The notes below the pieces were generated by a model. It saw only the letters and a program-made list of their open reading frames with translations. It did no database searches and was not told the origin of the DNA. The translations under genes were made by a program, and so were the position numbers. This document shows positions 24,830 through 37,937 of a stretch of DNA of 64,000 nucleotides, piece by piece. The stretch is from Felis catus (lineage: Eukaryota). Positions within the stretch are counted from its first letter, which is position 1; each line of letters starts with the position of its first letter. The DNA lies in the NCBI RefSeq assembly GCF_018350175.1, contig NC_058368.1, positions 57,104,001-57,168,000 on the forward strand, read 5' to 3'.

Positions 24830-26890
24830 AACGAGCCTGTTACTCCTACATCCTAGGTATTGCTGGCTTCCTGCCACTTCCACACTCTTACTTTTATGTT
24901 TTGTTTTTTTTAATGCAAACCTCAGTTCTCTGAGGCTCATTTATATTGTAATAATTCACCCTTTTTTATTAAAAAAAATGATCCTTGCAACTTCCTACTT
25001 TTCTTGTTAATCATACTGACTACATCTACTTAGAGCTCCACTTCCATAATTATTGGGACTCAGCAGAACTCTAGTCTTTTGATCTTTATTTTTTCCCTAT
25101 CATAAGCTCCCTTCTGCCATATTCAGCTTAGGTCCCATTTCCATTATTTCAACCACTGACTTGTCAGCATGTATAGTCCCTCTGTGTACTGTCCTTCAAC
25201 AATACCACCCTCTCCACTCCCTGAACTTGAATTACAACAAATGGTTGGCCTCACATTTATTGCCAAAGAAAAATAGCTCAACTTTAAGATCTGTGCCAAT
25301 ACATATCCTTGTTTTTTAACATCATCTGGGCTCTACAATGTCGAACAATCATTCCAAGTTATTGCTATTCCCATTCTCCAGAGAAATTATTTCAAACATT
25401 ATCTTCCATTGTCCTCATTCTCAACAGAAAAATTTTCCCTCAAATTCACAAGCAGAAATACTCAACATTCTCCCACCATTATTCAAAAAGAGTTATCTTT
25501 TGATAGCAATAATAATCTCACACTTTTTTCCCCTTCCTTCTTCAGCTATATTTATCTCTTAACCAATCTTTTTTTGTTTGGTCTTTAGCCAACACTTTTT
25601 CTTGGATCCTTTCATTAACTACTTGAACATACTTGATTTTTCCCTCTCATTAACGTACCATCCCTTGATCTCATATCCTCCTTGCAACCATATAACCCCA
25701 TCTATTTTCTTTCCTGCACAAACTCCTTGAATTTAACTGAATTGATTGCCACTATGTCAAATTTTTTAAACCTTGCTTTTCTGTAAAATTTGTCTAATTG
25801 CTCTGAAATTACAGTTATTTTTGCTAAAACTAATATTAAATATTCCTGTATAAATAACTGAAAGACATATAATCCTACTCATCATTTATCTTCATGAAAA
25901 CTCTATTCCCTTGATTCCTTTAAACTTCTCTGGCCACTATTTGTGTTTCTTTATCTCTCCAATATCCTTATTCTTTAAGATTATGTTCTGTGTCCTCTTT
26001 CCTTCCCTCTCTCTGCTCTCTTATTTAGTATACTAACATTACCATTCTAATTAAGCCAATTTACCCACTTCTAATTCCCTTCCCATGAAGCCAAAGACCC
26101 CATTTCTGATTTATAAAGAAATTTTTATAAGTAAATTTATAAGAAAATATAAACTAGGATTTATTTTAGCATCTTATTCTTTAACATATTATATATACCA
26201 CACATTATCACTTCTCACATCTTTAATGCTGCAGGAAAAATGTATCACTCCAATCCAAAGCTAATTCTCTCTCACTCACTCACTTGCTCTCTCTCTCTCT
26301 GCTCTGGGTAACACCTGCGCCTATTTTCCAGAAACTCTAACTGATCAGTTATATCCACTTTCCCTTTTATCCTACAATTATATTCCTTCACTGAGATTAT
26401 CACCTTAGGTTATATTCTTCTCATCTCATTTTCAGAAGGCCTCCTTATACCTTGAACTTCCCTTTATCAAACACCTAAAATGTCTCCTTTACAGACATGT
26501 TTTGTAAGACATATTCAACTTGCTGTGCCTACTCTTCAGCTTTTGTTTACACTTTAGAATCATGGAAATCTGTTTTCATTCCCACCTCTTTACTAATCCT
26601 GCATCCATGACAACTGATTTCACTTGAGATCTCAGCAGCTTCTGAAAGGCTAGGTCTTAAATGTTTCTCTCTCCCTTATATTTTTGGTAAATCACATTTT
26701 CCATGTTCTCCCTTTGTTTGGAAGTCTCTTGAAGCCTCTTCTACATCTTCTCTTCTTTTAATGACTCTTCAAATATTAGTGATCTCAAGATTATGTTTTG
26801 ATACTTTTCTTGCCTTCTTATCCAGACTCTACACTATATATCACCCATGTTGATGGCTTTCAATGCATCATTTATTCCAGATTCTTGACA
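24830..26890 (+). mobile_element. Highly degenerate L2 ORF2 fragments
   Basis: C/T-rich strand bias; L2-like segments CATTCTCCAGAGAAATTATTTCAAAC, CTTCTCTGGCCACT, GGAAATCTGTTTTCATTCCCACCTCTTTACT, GATCTCAGCAGCTT. Confidence 0.6.
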
Positions 26891-27366
26891 AACTCATGAT
26901 GTTTTGATATTTGTGCAACATTTATGACTCATAATTTTCAATTGATATAGTTACTGAATATTATTACCAATGTTATTAGCTTTTTAATATATATAATATA
27001 GAAAGTATATATATGCATATATAGATATATTTCATAATATAAAATACATAATATATGTATATATACAGAGTGGCTCTACTTTATTATCTATGTAGTTTGT
27101 AACAGTCTATATCATTTTAATGCTTATATTCTTTTCTCTTTGACACTCTGCCTCCCCATGTTATTGCAAAGCTTTAAGAAATGGTAATATATCTATCTTG
27201 TAACGGAAAGTTCTAATTTTAGGATATGATGTAGAATCAGTAAATTTCCATAGGACAACTTTGTTTTAATCGGATTGAGACCACTTCTTTTTGGGTTAGA
27301 AATAATACAATAAATGATAGCGTAAAATATTCATTTCACTATCACCTAGTTTCAAAACTCATTTCA

Positions 27367-28726
27367 ACAAATGGCGTTGGGAGAACTGGACAGCAAAATG
27401 CAAAAGAAAGAAACTGGACCAATTTATTGCAACATACACAAAATTAAATTCAAAATGGATTAAAGACCTAAACGTGAGACCTGAAATCATAAAAATCCTA
27501 GAAAAGAACATTAGGCAGTAACCTCTTTGACATCAACTATAGCAACTTTTTTCTAGGTATTTCTCCTGAGGCAACGGAAACAAAAGCAAAAATAAATTAT
27601 TAGATTGCATCAAAATGAAAAGCTTCTGCACAGTAAAGGAAACAATCAACAAAACTAAAAGGCAACCTATAGAATAGAAAAAGATTATTTGCAAAGGATA
27701 TATCTGGTAAAGAGTTAGTATCTAAAATATATAAAGAAGTTATAAAACTCAACACCCAAAAGCCAAATAACCCAAATAAAAATTGGGCAGAAGACATGAA
27801 AAGACATTTCTCCAAATAAGACATACAGGTGGCCAACAAACGCATTAAAATACATTCATTATTGCTTATCATCAGGGAAATGCAAATCAAAACTGCAGTG
27901 AGATAGCACCTCACACCTGTCAGAAAGGCTAAAATCAGTAACAGAAGAAACAACTGGTGTTGGTGAGGATGTGGAGAAAGAGGAACTCTCTTACACTATT
28001 GGTGGGAATGCAAACTGGTGCAGCCATCGTGGAAAAGAGTATGGAGGTTCCTCAAAAGTTAAAAATAGAACTACACTATGATCCCGCAATCACACTATTG
28101 GGTATTTACCCAAAGAATATAAAACCCTAACTCAAAGGGATACACGCACCTCGATGTTTATAGGATGTTTATAGCAGCATTATTTACAATACCCAAGATA
28201 TGGAAGCAGCCCATGTCCATCAATTGATGAATATATAAAGAAGACTGATTTTATACATATATGCACATATATACATATACACACACAATGGAATATTATT
28301 AACCCATTAAAAATAATGAAATCTTGCCATTTGCAAAGACATGGGTGGAGCTATAGAGTATAATGCTAATTGAAATAAGTCAGTAAGAGAAAGACAAACA
28401 TCATATGATTTCACACATATGTGGAATTTAAGAAACAATGAGCAAATACTGAGTAAAGAGAAAACAGAGAGAGACAGAGAGAGAGAGAGAGACAGAGAGA
28501 GACAAACCAAGAAGCAGACTCTTAATTATAGAGAACAAACTGATGGTTACCAGAGGGGAGGTGGGTGGAAGGATGGGTTAAATAGGAGATGGGGTTAAGG
28601 TGCACTTGTCATGATTAGCACTGGATGATGTATGGATTCTTGAATCACTATATTGTACCCCTGAAATTAATATAACACTGTATGTTAACCAACTGGAATT
28701 TAAAAAACTCAAAAAGATAAATAAAT
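27367..28726 (+). mobile_element. 5'-truncated carnivore L1 (L1_Carn-like), ORF2 C-terminus plus 3' UTR
   Basis: Translates [18 protein letters not shown]...[13 protein letters not shown]; carnivore-type 3' UTR with GA tract and ACAAACCAAGAAGCAGACTCTTAATTATAGAGAACAAACTGATGGTTACCAGAGGGG; A-rich tail; degenerate TSD ACTCATTTCA/ACTCAATTCA. Confidence 0.95.
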
Positions 28727-29103
28727 AATACTCAATTCATTTTATTAAAATTTAGGTAGTAAGGACATCATATATATGACATGGAGGAGTTGTAGCTCAT
28801 CTAAGATTTTGATGTAGGAAAGAAGGCTTTTTATTATTATGTTTATTGACAGCTCAATGGCTATGCCTCACAAGAAATTAATTTAATTGCAGACCATTTC
28901 AAGGTATCCAGTGTTAAAGTGTTTTGTGACTATAATAATAATGAAACAATTAGTAGATAATAGAAATCTCCTGTGGCTGAAATACATTCCTACTAGTTTT
29001 GTGAAGTAGAGAGACGAACTGAGACTTCTCACTTTATTTTCTATCTATAGTCTATAATAAAATATACAATCTAAAATCTATTCTCTAAGGCTGCCATGAC
29101 TGC

Positions 29104-29105
<2 letters not shown>

Positions 29106-29152
<47 letters not shown>
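29106..29152. repeat. (TA)n microsatellite
   Basis: Perfect AT dinucleotide run of ~23 units. Confidence 0.98.
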
Positions 29153-29154
<2 letters not shown>

Positions 29155-31589
29155 GTTCTTCAAATCGGTGGGTTGCAACTTGGGCTTTAACTGTATGTTC
29201 ATTTAAAATTCCATTCATATATTATCATTGTTGAATCATGCCTTCTATACATGCTAGAAATCAAAGGCTCTCACTTCAGGCTCTTAAGCATTGCATTACA
29301 AATGGGTCACAAAAATGCCATTTAGCTGTATCTGTCTTCTTTATGCTAACAACTGACAGCAGCTTTGCAGAATTTAGTATGGTTTTATATTGTACTCAGT
29401 TTTCTATTGCAAACAAAGAACTATATTATGTGGTGCTAGAAAAATCCTCCAATTAGGCTACCTGTAATGCTTAATCTGAAGTTAATACCCAGAGTTAGAA
29501 AGCTCATCAGGAATATATGCATATAATCATCTGTGCAAATAAGGAACTAGGAATTTTCCCAGCTCCCTAAAACTTGACATTCTTCTGGTGGTATTTAAAC
29601 CTACTTCTCACTTTAAAAAGCAAAAATGACTAACATGTCTGCCACTATGGAATATTTTAAACTCAATTATGTCCTATGCCCACATGACATTTACATACTA
29701 CCCACCAAACCCTATATCCATCACCCCCACCCCGCACACACTCTACACCCCCAAGATCTTTCCTCTTTCCAGCTTAGTTTTAATTGTGCAAAATAGCTCA
29801 AAGGAAAAGAAAAACAAAAATATTCAAAGTATCCTAAATAAATGTTAGATAAATCAAAGTATACAATAAGTGAAATGCATCCTTAAATTTCAAATGTGGT
29901 AATAATGTATTAATTAAATTATTTTAGGAGTGTTGATATACTTATTGTGGATTATTAAATTATTTAAACCACCTTAATCCGTGCAAGATTAATATGAGAG
30001 AACATGTTTATGGTTTAAAGTAGAATATAAATGTCCCACTTCCACAAAGCACACATTTGATAAAATTAAAGACTTAAGTAATTATCTTTATAGGGAAACT
30101 ATAACTTATTGGGTTAATTTACTAATGAGTTAAATGTACTGATATGAAAAACAAAACCTTAATCCATTAGGTACTGCTGTCCTCCTTTAAGATATAATGT
30201 ATTACCATTCCTTGAATAGAGCAACTTCAAAAGCACTTTTCATATTCAAATCACTGGTTTGTATGCTGTTACACCTCCAACTCTCCAAGATTTCCCTTTC
30301 CTTCCTATATTATCTTTTCTCCTTGCTTTGAGCAATAATCAAGTGCTCATTATGCTTTACCAGGACCTGAAGATCAGGTGAGGTAGTTCTTCAAAACTTC
30401 TTCTTTCCTTACCCTTGTAAGGAATACTCAATACTTCATTTCTTTCAGCTTTCAAGCTCAGTTATTTCTACCTCAAAAATTATTGCTTCTGCACAAATTC
30501 TTTTAAACCTTCCCTTAAACTCTTGTCCAACTCTTGAAATTTTTTTCCAAGCAACATATACTGGATCCACTAAAAACCAATGGGTACTTCAATTAACTTC
30601 TTCTTTGATCTATGCTTTGTCTCTATCCAGGCAACTAATGTGGTCCAGACGTGCAGAACAAATTAGCAATGTTTTAAAATCACCTGGAGTTTTATCAGAT
30701 TTTGAAAGAAGTCTAGTAATGCGAAAGTAAAGTAATAATTTCTTATTTCAGCTTCATTCCAAGGTAAACATGAACAGGGCATAAAACAGAATTGAAATGA
30801 AGTGAGACAGACTTGGAGACATCCTTTTCAATAAATATCAAATGTAGTTAATCCAAGTATCATTTGGTCATTGACCTCAGATAAAAAGGTTCAGTGATTT
30901 ACAATAGAAGAAAAGTTAAGCAAATTTTTTCTTATGTTTTGATGGGGTTGATTTGGCTGAATGGTACACAAATACTTTACACATGGATAGATTTTCATAC
31001 AAAGTACATAAAGCAATTGATGAGAATAATTTGCAAATGTATTGACTACACATGCTTATAAGCTTTTGATTCACTATTAAGTTTGACATAATATATACTG
31101 TAATTAATATTTATAAATAATTATGCATGTATGTTAATCTATTTCAGTATCATGTGTCATTCATTAAATATCAGGAATTCAGTCCATGACAAAATTGACC
31201 TGTTTGTAACTATGATTAAAGGTAATGTAGTAAAGATGTTTTTGTACGATTTGAACAAAAATCCTTCTTTATGAATGAGTGAATTATCATTCCACAGTGT
31301 AACTTTTAACTATAACATTATCTGATGATGCTGATATTCACATGTGGATAAAGGTAACCAAATGTATAGTTCTTTGAATTTTCATTATGTTGGTCTAAAT
31401 CATCTCTGTCACAAAACTATTGAATGAAGTTTGTTGTAGTTTAATTTTATAACCATTTTGATCACTTATCTGCTCTAAACTAAATCATGTTATATATCTG
31501 AAAAGAGTGGCTACGCTCATGCAATACTGGGTGCTCTGCAGACAGCTCACACTTGACTGATCAGAATCCTCAGGTCTTATGAATTATTT

Positions 31590-31730
31590 ATAATTACTAG
31601 TAGTAAACATTTTTAAGTCATCTTTCTCCTCCAACAGATTATTCACTGCTTCAAGACAGAAGTCTATTGATCATAATTCCACCATTGGTACCTGACGCAC
31701 TTATTGAACTGAAGTTATTTAAATGTTAAT
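31590..31730 (+). mobile_element. L2 3' end fragment
   Basis: TCTTTCTCCTCCAACAGATT...CTTCAAGACAGAAGTCTAT...GTACCTGAC. Confidence 0.45.
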
Positions 31731-32199
31731 ACATAGGAAAACAGAGCCTTAAACAATTGTTTTAAATACACTAAAACAGATTCCCCATGAGGTGATCTTT
31801 GAAAAATACAAAACTGTTCTCATGCTCTTCCTGTGTTTGTTTACTGGGTATTGCAAATTATAAAATCAGCCATATGAAAAAATACTTATAAGTTATCCTC
31901 TCGGTTAATCATTTTCATAACTTAGTAATTCTCAAGATTCCAAGGTAGAAAAAATCTGCATTATTCATGGTAGTAATGGGTTTTTTCCTTTCCTTTAGCT
32001 GTTATTTATCTTATTAATATTCTAAGTGGTCATTTTTTATACGGAATTTAAAAGATGTGTACGTTAGTTCACAGTCGTCCAATTGTACATTAGTTGTACA
32101 GTTCTATAAAGACAAAGTATTGTCTTACTGAAGAATAGTATCCATTTAATCTGATTTTTCCTCCTCCCTTCAATGAAAACAAACAAACAAAACCAAATA

Positions 32200-32554
32200 A
32201 GGAATTTGTAATTAAACAAGGAAACCATTAGATTGAGGTGACTTTAACGACTTGGTAGCCTAGTAAGCAAACTAAAACCTAAGCCAGAGTCAATGGACTC
32301 AAATCTGAGAAAACAGAACTTAAAAACAACCAATCACAACAGTCAATTAGGCTTTCTTAAATAAGGTAACTGCTTAAGGTCTAGCCAATAAACGAATTCC
32401 CTTGCTCTGTTTCTGCATCCTTCATAAAAATTCTCAAGATTCCAAGGTAGCTTTTATCATTGTAGTACTCCTAATCACCCTGGGCTTGGTGCTGCCCATT
32501 TCTAATCTCAAATAACTTGAAAAAATTTAATGTATCTCAGTTTACCTTTTAACA
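32200..32554 (+). mobile_element. ERV1-class LTR remnant (MER34/MER39-like)
   Basis: AAGCAAACTAAAACCTAAGCC, AACCAATCACAAC, TAGCCAAT, and terminal AAATTTAATGTATCTCAGTTTACCTTTTAACA; 5' end unclear. Confidence 0.7.
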
Positions 32555-33230
32555 TACCTATGACTTCTGATCACCAGGCTATTTTTTTCAGTATTCTTCC
32601 ATTTTCAAAGTCTCTCAGTAATTATAATCTAATAATTATGTCACCTTTAAGTTTGAGACGTTCTACCTTAATAGCATGATAAACACATAAATTCAAAATC
32701 CATACGATTTTATCCCTGAGCTTTATACAAATTTAACCTCACAATTCTAAAGACATGAGTCAGGGTTATTCATATTATCTACTAAGGCCCAGTCATTATT
32801 ATTTAAGGTATAGCACCAAAATAGGCCTCTAAAAATGTTTGATTAGACTATTTCATAATTATTCTAGTTTACAGAAAAAAGTTAAGTTTCTTCACCTTGT
32901 AAGTTCTCAATATCCCCAAACAGCCTTAGGATGTGCTTCATGTTTAACAAAACAGTCTTACTTTGGTGGAATAGAGACATGTAATATCAGTTTTGAAGCT
33001 TGAACAGTTTCACACAGTATGCTTAAAACATTAATGGAAGGAACATAGGAAATAAATAAATAAAGCAAGTTGCATTGAGTCTTCATCCATACTAATGAGG
33101 TCAGAAAGAATATTTTGACGTTGGAAATATCTTTTAGCACAGTGACTTTTTTTTTAACGCTGGTGACTTTTGTAAACATTATGCTGTTATTTTAGTTAAT
33201 TCCTTTACTTAGTGAATTTACTTAAATATG

Positions 33231-33268
<38 letters not shown>
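33231..33268. repeat. (CA)n microsatellite
   Basis: Perfect CA run of ~18 units. Confidence 0.97.
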
Positions 33269-33269
<1 letters not shown>

Positions 33270-33270
<1 letters not shown>

Positions 33271-33395
33271 CACTTAACACTTATGGAATATTTGCTATAT
33301 GCCAGGTCTTATGCTAACTTTTGAAGATACAAGTGGAAGCAAACAGGCATAATCTCTCCTTTAATTTTGCCTAAAATCCAGCAGGAAAGATTGAC
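33270..33395 (-). mobile_element. L2 3' end fragment
   Basis: TATTTGCTATATGCCAGGTCTTATGCTAAC...GAAGATACA. Confidence 0.6.
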
Positions 33396-34299
33396 CTTCA
33401 GTTCTAGTCCAGTGATCTCTTATGTGTCTTTTAATACCATCATGAGAGTAAACAGATATAAAACCAAGTTTTGCCAAGTTTCATTTTACTCTACCAGCCC
33501 TTCAAACACAGACTTGGAAACAAATATGCAACATTGATAAGAAAAACTGCTTATTTCAAACACTGATTAGGATGGTTTGTTCTGAATAAGAAGAAAAGTA
33601 AAGAATTAACAAATTCACCACATTGTTTGGTTAAACTAAAACTAATCTTAAAGTTTTATTTGGATTGCTTGAATAATTCATTTGTAACCATTTGGTATTT
33701 TAAATTTCCCAAATGCCTTATATTTATGGGTATATGGATGAATATGAACATGTGGTTCACATATAAAGGATCTGGCGTGGCAATAAACTTTTAAATAAAA
33801 TTGAAGAGTAGAAATCAGTGTCTTCAAAATTCTGATGGGAATATATTTCTAACCTAGACTTTAATGAACTGCAAAGATAAAATCTTCTTCAAAACATGCT
33901 GGTTCTCAAAAAAATACCCCCATGGATTATTTTCGGGAACTACTGCTGAATGTGAGCAGACAAAACTAGGGAGGAAAACAAGCAAGAAGATAAAAATCAG
34001 AACTGAGGAAAACCATCAGCCAAAAAAAAACGTAAAGGAGATTTGCAAGATGATGAAAAAAGAAAGGCTTAAGGATGAGAACAAGACTAGAATGAATTCA
34101 GAAAAAAAAACAAAAACAAAAACAAAAGGAAGGGCTTTGGGAGAAATACCTCTACCTCTAGGACTGAAGTGAACCTGAAATTATGTGTTTCCATTCTCTA
34201 AACTGAGATATTATTTTTAATTCTTTTGTGCTTTTATGAATGAATTCCAACACAGAAAGGGAATCCAAAAACTTACAAAGTCCCACTGGAATGTTATAA

Positions 34300-34680
34300 G
34301 AGAGGAAATACAATGATATCACACTAATGAAACTTACATGGATATAAAGATTAAAATTTGAATATTTACCCCCAAAAGTTATATAATGTACAGAGAGAAT
34401 GGGACAAGAAATGTATCAGGGGGGTTGAGGGCAGGTAGAGGGAATTTCTGTATTAGGCTGGCTAAATACTAATTTTCCATAGTTAGAATAAATTGTGTCT
34501 AAAATTGAAGAAAGAGGAAACAGCAGTATGTTTTTTTGGTGAGGAAAAATGAAAATTAATAAAACAAATAATAGAGTTGCAGTGGTTGACTCTAGCATGG
34601 AAAGAAAGGGGTGGGCAAATGACTGCAATTTTGTTATAATAACATTATGTGTTTTTAATAATATATTTTCATTGATAAAA
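34300..34680 (+). mobile_element. Old L1 (L1MC/L1ME-like) 3' UTR fragment
   Basis: TGTCTAAAATTGAAGAAAGAGGAAACAGCAGTATG and GTTGCAGTGGTTGACTCT segments. Confidence 0.45.
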
Positions 34681-34783
34681 ATAAACAAAATAAACTAAAA
34701 ATAAAGCAAATGACTTCATATTTTTAAACGTTTTTGGTTTTTGTTTTGTTTTTTTTTTTGTTTTTTAGAAAATGATGTTAGTT

Positions 34784-34998
34784 GGGGCACTTGGGTGGCT
34801 CAGGTTAAGTGGGCAATGCCTGATTTTGGCTCAGGTCATAATCTCATGGTTTGTGGTTTTGAGCCCTGCCTCAGCCTCTGCGCTGACAGCATGGAACCTG
34901 CTTATGATTCTCTTTCTCTGCCCCTCCCTTGCTCTCTCTCTCTCTCTCTCTCTCAAGAAACAAAGAAAGAAAGAAAAAACAAAAAAAGAAACAAAGAA
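34784..34998 (+). mobile_element. Can-SINE
   Basis: Head, body and tail; TSD AGAAAATGATGTTAG/AGAAAATGATATTAG. Confidence 0.95.
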
Positions 34999-36049
34999 AG
35001 AAAATGATATTAGCACATTCTTACCAGGAAGGGCTCCCTGATATCCTGAAAAAACAAAAAGGAAATACTTCATTTTTCATAGATATTTTTCTTACAATTT
35101 ATGTTATAGGCTACATCATCAGAAATAGAATGCAGTGGTCTGAGTTTCCAGGCTATGATAAAGCAGTACTCAATTCTTTCAAGAACATAATAATGAGCCT
35201 CCTAATTGATCAGAGAGGCCATTTTTGCATTGCAGGTAGGGCAGAGGGACAGCTGACTGTATGTTGGCCCAAGTTTTTGCCACACTGCATCTCACATACT
35301 CTTTGTATTTGGGCAAAACTCTCAGTAAACCTGCCAAGTTGTGCCCTTTGTAGGACTGGCAGGTAGGGGGTCGAGGGTGGGGATAAAAAGGGAATGGGAA
35401 GAGAATTCTTCAACTGACAACTACTCAGATCCAGGAGTGGAAAAATCCATGTGGCTTATTTTATCTCTTAGAAACTTAAGCCAGAGTGGATAGGGGAGTG
35501 ACGATGGAATAACATTTTTCTTATTTTCCAATCAAAATTTACAAAGATAGGTAAAATACTTTAAATAATTTTACAAGAATGTGCTGGGTTTTAAGATGCT
35601 AATTTCTTTCGTATTATTTTCATATCATACAAACAGCAATATATTCCCCAGAGTCTAATTCACTACCTGATAAATTACTAAAACATAAAATATTACGTTA
35701 CATTTTTCAGCTTTTATAACACATTGATTAAAAGTAACAGATTCAAATGCCTGTTACTTTGCCTCTTAGGTAGGTCTTGGGTGGGCGGGTGGGGGGACCT
35801 CATTAGAAATCTCACTGGAAATAAACTGTTGAAATCTGTTCCTGACTTCTGCCACACATGCAGTAGCTTCTACTGCAGAGCAATGAAAACAAATGAGAGA
35901 ATAAAATATAAATTCTGACAGTCTTGTAGGAAACTGGGAGCTGTGGTGTGGCATACGTATGTCATAATAACTTTTCACAGTTACATAATAAGAGCTCACA
36001 ATGTAGTCTCCCCATTTATTTCCCATATTTCAAATCACAAATCTAAAGC

Positions 36050-36185
36050 ATTATTTTCCTAAAGGTAGTATTTTCACACTTTTTGAAATGAGAATGAGGC
36101 TCCTTTAAGTTAACTAATCTTCTCAAGATTGCAGACATTTATGATGTCAAACATCATGTCAAGCTAGTGGTCGAACAAGTAATTA
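36050..36185 (-). mobile_element. MIR fragment
   Basis: AGGTAGTATTTTCACACTTTTTGAAATGAGAATGAGGCTC...AAGTTAACTAATCTTCTCAAG. Confidence 0.5.
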
Positions 36186-36377
36186 CCCAAAGCATGCATT
36201 TTAGCAGATGCAATGTTTCTGGCAAAACAACTGCATATTCTGGCCTATTAAACCATATCTAAAATGCTGGTTTAAGAGAACTGGGGAAATATTTCCCTTG
36301 GAAATAAAAATCACTGCTTAATTTTTGTATTTATGTATTTTCACATGTAAAATTTGCTAAATAAAATGTTATTACTA

Positions 36378-36586
36378 GGGGGTGCCTGGGTGGCTCAATC
36401 TGTTAAACATCTGAGTCTTGACTTCGTCTCAGGTCACCGTCTCACAGTTCTTAAGTTTGAGCCTCAAATCGGGCTCTGTGCTGATGGTGTGGAGCCTGCT
36501 TTGGATTCTGTCTCTCTCCCTCCCTCGGCTCCTCTCATGTGCCTTCTCTCTCTCTCTCTCTCAAAATAAACAAAAGAAACTTAAAA
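36378..36586 (+). mobile_element. Can-SINE
   Basis: Head, body and tail; TSD AAAATGTTATTACTA/AAAGTGTTATTACTA. Confidence 0.95.
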
Positions 36587-37349
36587 AAGTGTTATTACTA
36601 CTTCACTGTGTCAGGTGATTGTTTCACCCACTTTTGCAGTCGCTGAATCAGTGTGACATCTAATCTGCTCATGAGGATCAGAAAGAGAAGACATATGGTT
36701 CCCGAAAATGGGTGTGCTACATTTGCCACATGATTTGGTTTTAAGGAATATATGTAGACAATACATAAACAAAGAGACTACAAAGCAGTCACTGTAGTCA
36801 TACTGGAGTGGCAATATCTTACATAAATAGAAAAAAACACAGGTCAAGCCAAAATTTCACATTCTGTGACGTAGCTTCAAGTTACAGGGGTGAGGAGTGT
36901 TTTTAATTCTAAAAAAAGCAAATGGAGAAGGGTGTGGTAGTCCACAAAAGACTCAACATTTTGAGTTGGATCACCAAGAAATGCATTTAAGTAATATTGC
37001 TTTTAGGGTTGGTAGAAACCCTAAAAATGTAGGAATAATAAATGTGAAATTTTAGAAAATAAAATATTTAAAATGTAAAAAAAAGGGGGGGGGGGACATA
37101 TCCTGTCTGAAAATCAAATAATTCATGAAGAATTAGAATTATTAATATAAACAATTATAATAATTAAAGCAAAGTTGTATTAGTGCAAGCACAGCCAAAT
37201 ATTTCAATGTACTGGGATAGAGCCCAGAGAGGCCCATATATACTATATTCCCATACTTATATGGGAAGATGATGAAATATGACTATTATAAAACAAAATT
37301 CTTTTTTATCTGAAAATCTACTCCCAATATTAAAAAATAATATAAACTA

Positions 37350-37560
37350 GGGGTGCCTGGGTGGCTCAGTCAGTTAAGCGTCCAACTCTTGATTTCAGCT
37401 CAGGTCATGATCTCGTGGTTCTTGAGATCAAGCCCTTTCAGGCTCTGTGCCAACTGTGTGGAGCCTACTAGGGATTCTCTCCCCTTCTCTCTCCACCCTT
37501 TCCTGGTTTGCACATATCCACAAATTCTCTCTCAAAATAAAATAAACTTTAAAAAAATAA
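37350..37560 (+). mobile_element. Can-SINE
   Basis: Head, body and tail; TSD core ATAAACTA. Confidence 0.95.
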
Positions 37561-37707
37561 CAAGATAAACTATATTTAATTTTAAAAGTCTTTGAGAAAT
37601 TTGGAAATTTTGAGATTTTAAACATGGAACCCATTTTGTCCCTTTGTACCTTAGAAATGCCTCAATTTTACAATGTTGGAGTGAACACAGAAGAATAGCA
37701 TTGACGA

Positions 37708-37831
37708 GGGGTGCCTGCATGGCTCAGTTGGTTAAGCATCCTACTCTTGATTTCAGCTCAGGTCGTGATCTCACAGTTGGTGAGACTGGGCCCTACTTTG
37801 GGCTCTGTGCTGGGTGTGGAGCCTGCTTAAG

Positions 37832-37883
<52 letters not shown>

Positions 37884-37937
37884 CCGTCCCTTCCCTACTC
37901 ACTAGTTCCTTCTCTCTTTCTCTCTCAAAAAAAGAAA
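37708..37937 (+). mobile_element. Can-SINE with expanded (CT)n
   Basis: Head and body; (CT)n ~37836-37881; TSD AAGAATAGCATTGAC/AAGAATAACATTGAC. Confidence 0.95.

Noticed and set aside
27600..27953. 117-aa hydrophobic minus-strand ORF
   Set aside because: Antisense reading of L1 ORF2.
34929..35366. 145-aa ORF
   Set aside because: Starts in a SINE CT tract and A tail at a non-ATG codon; no recognisable domain.
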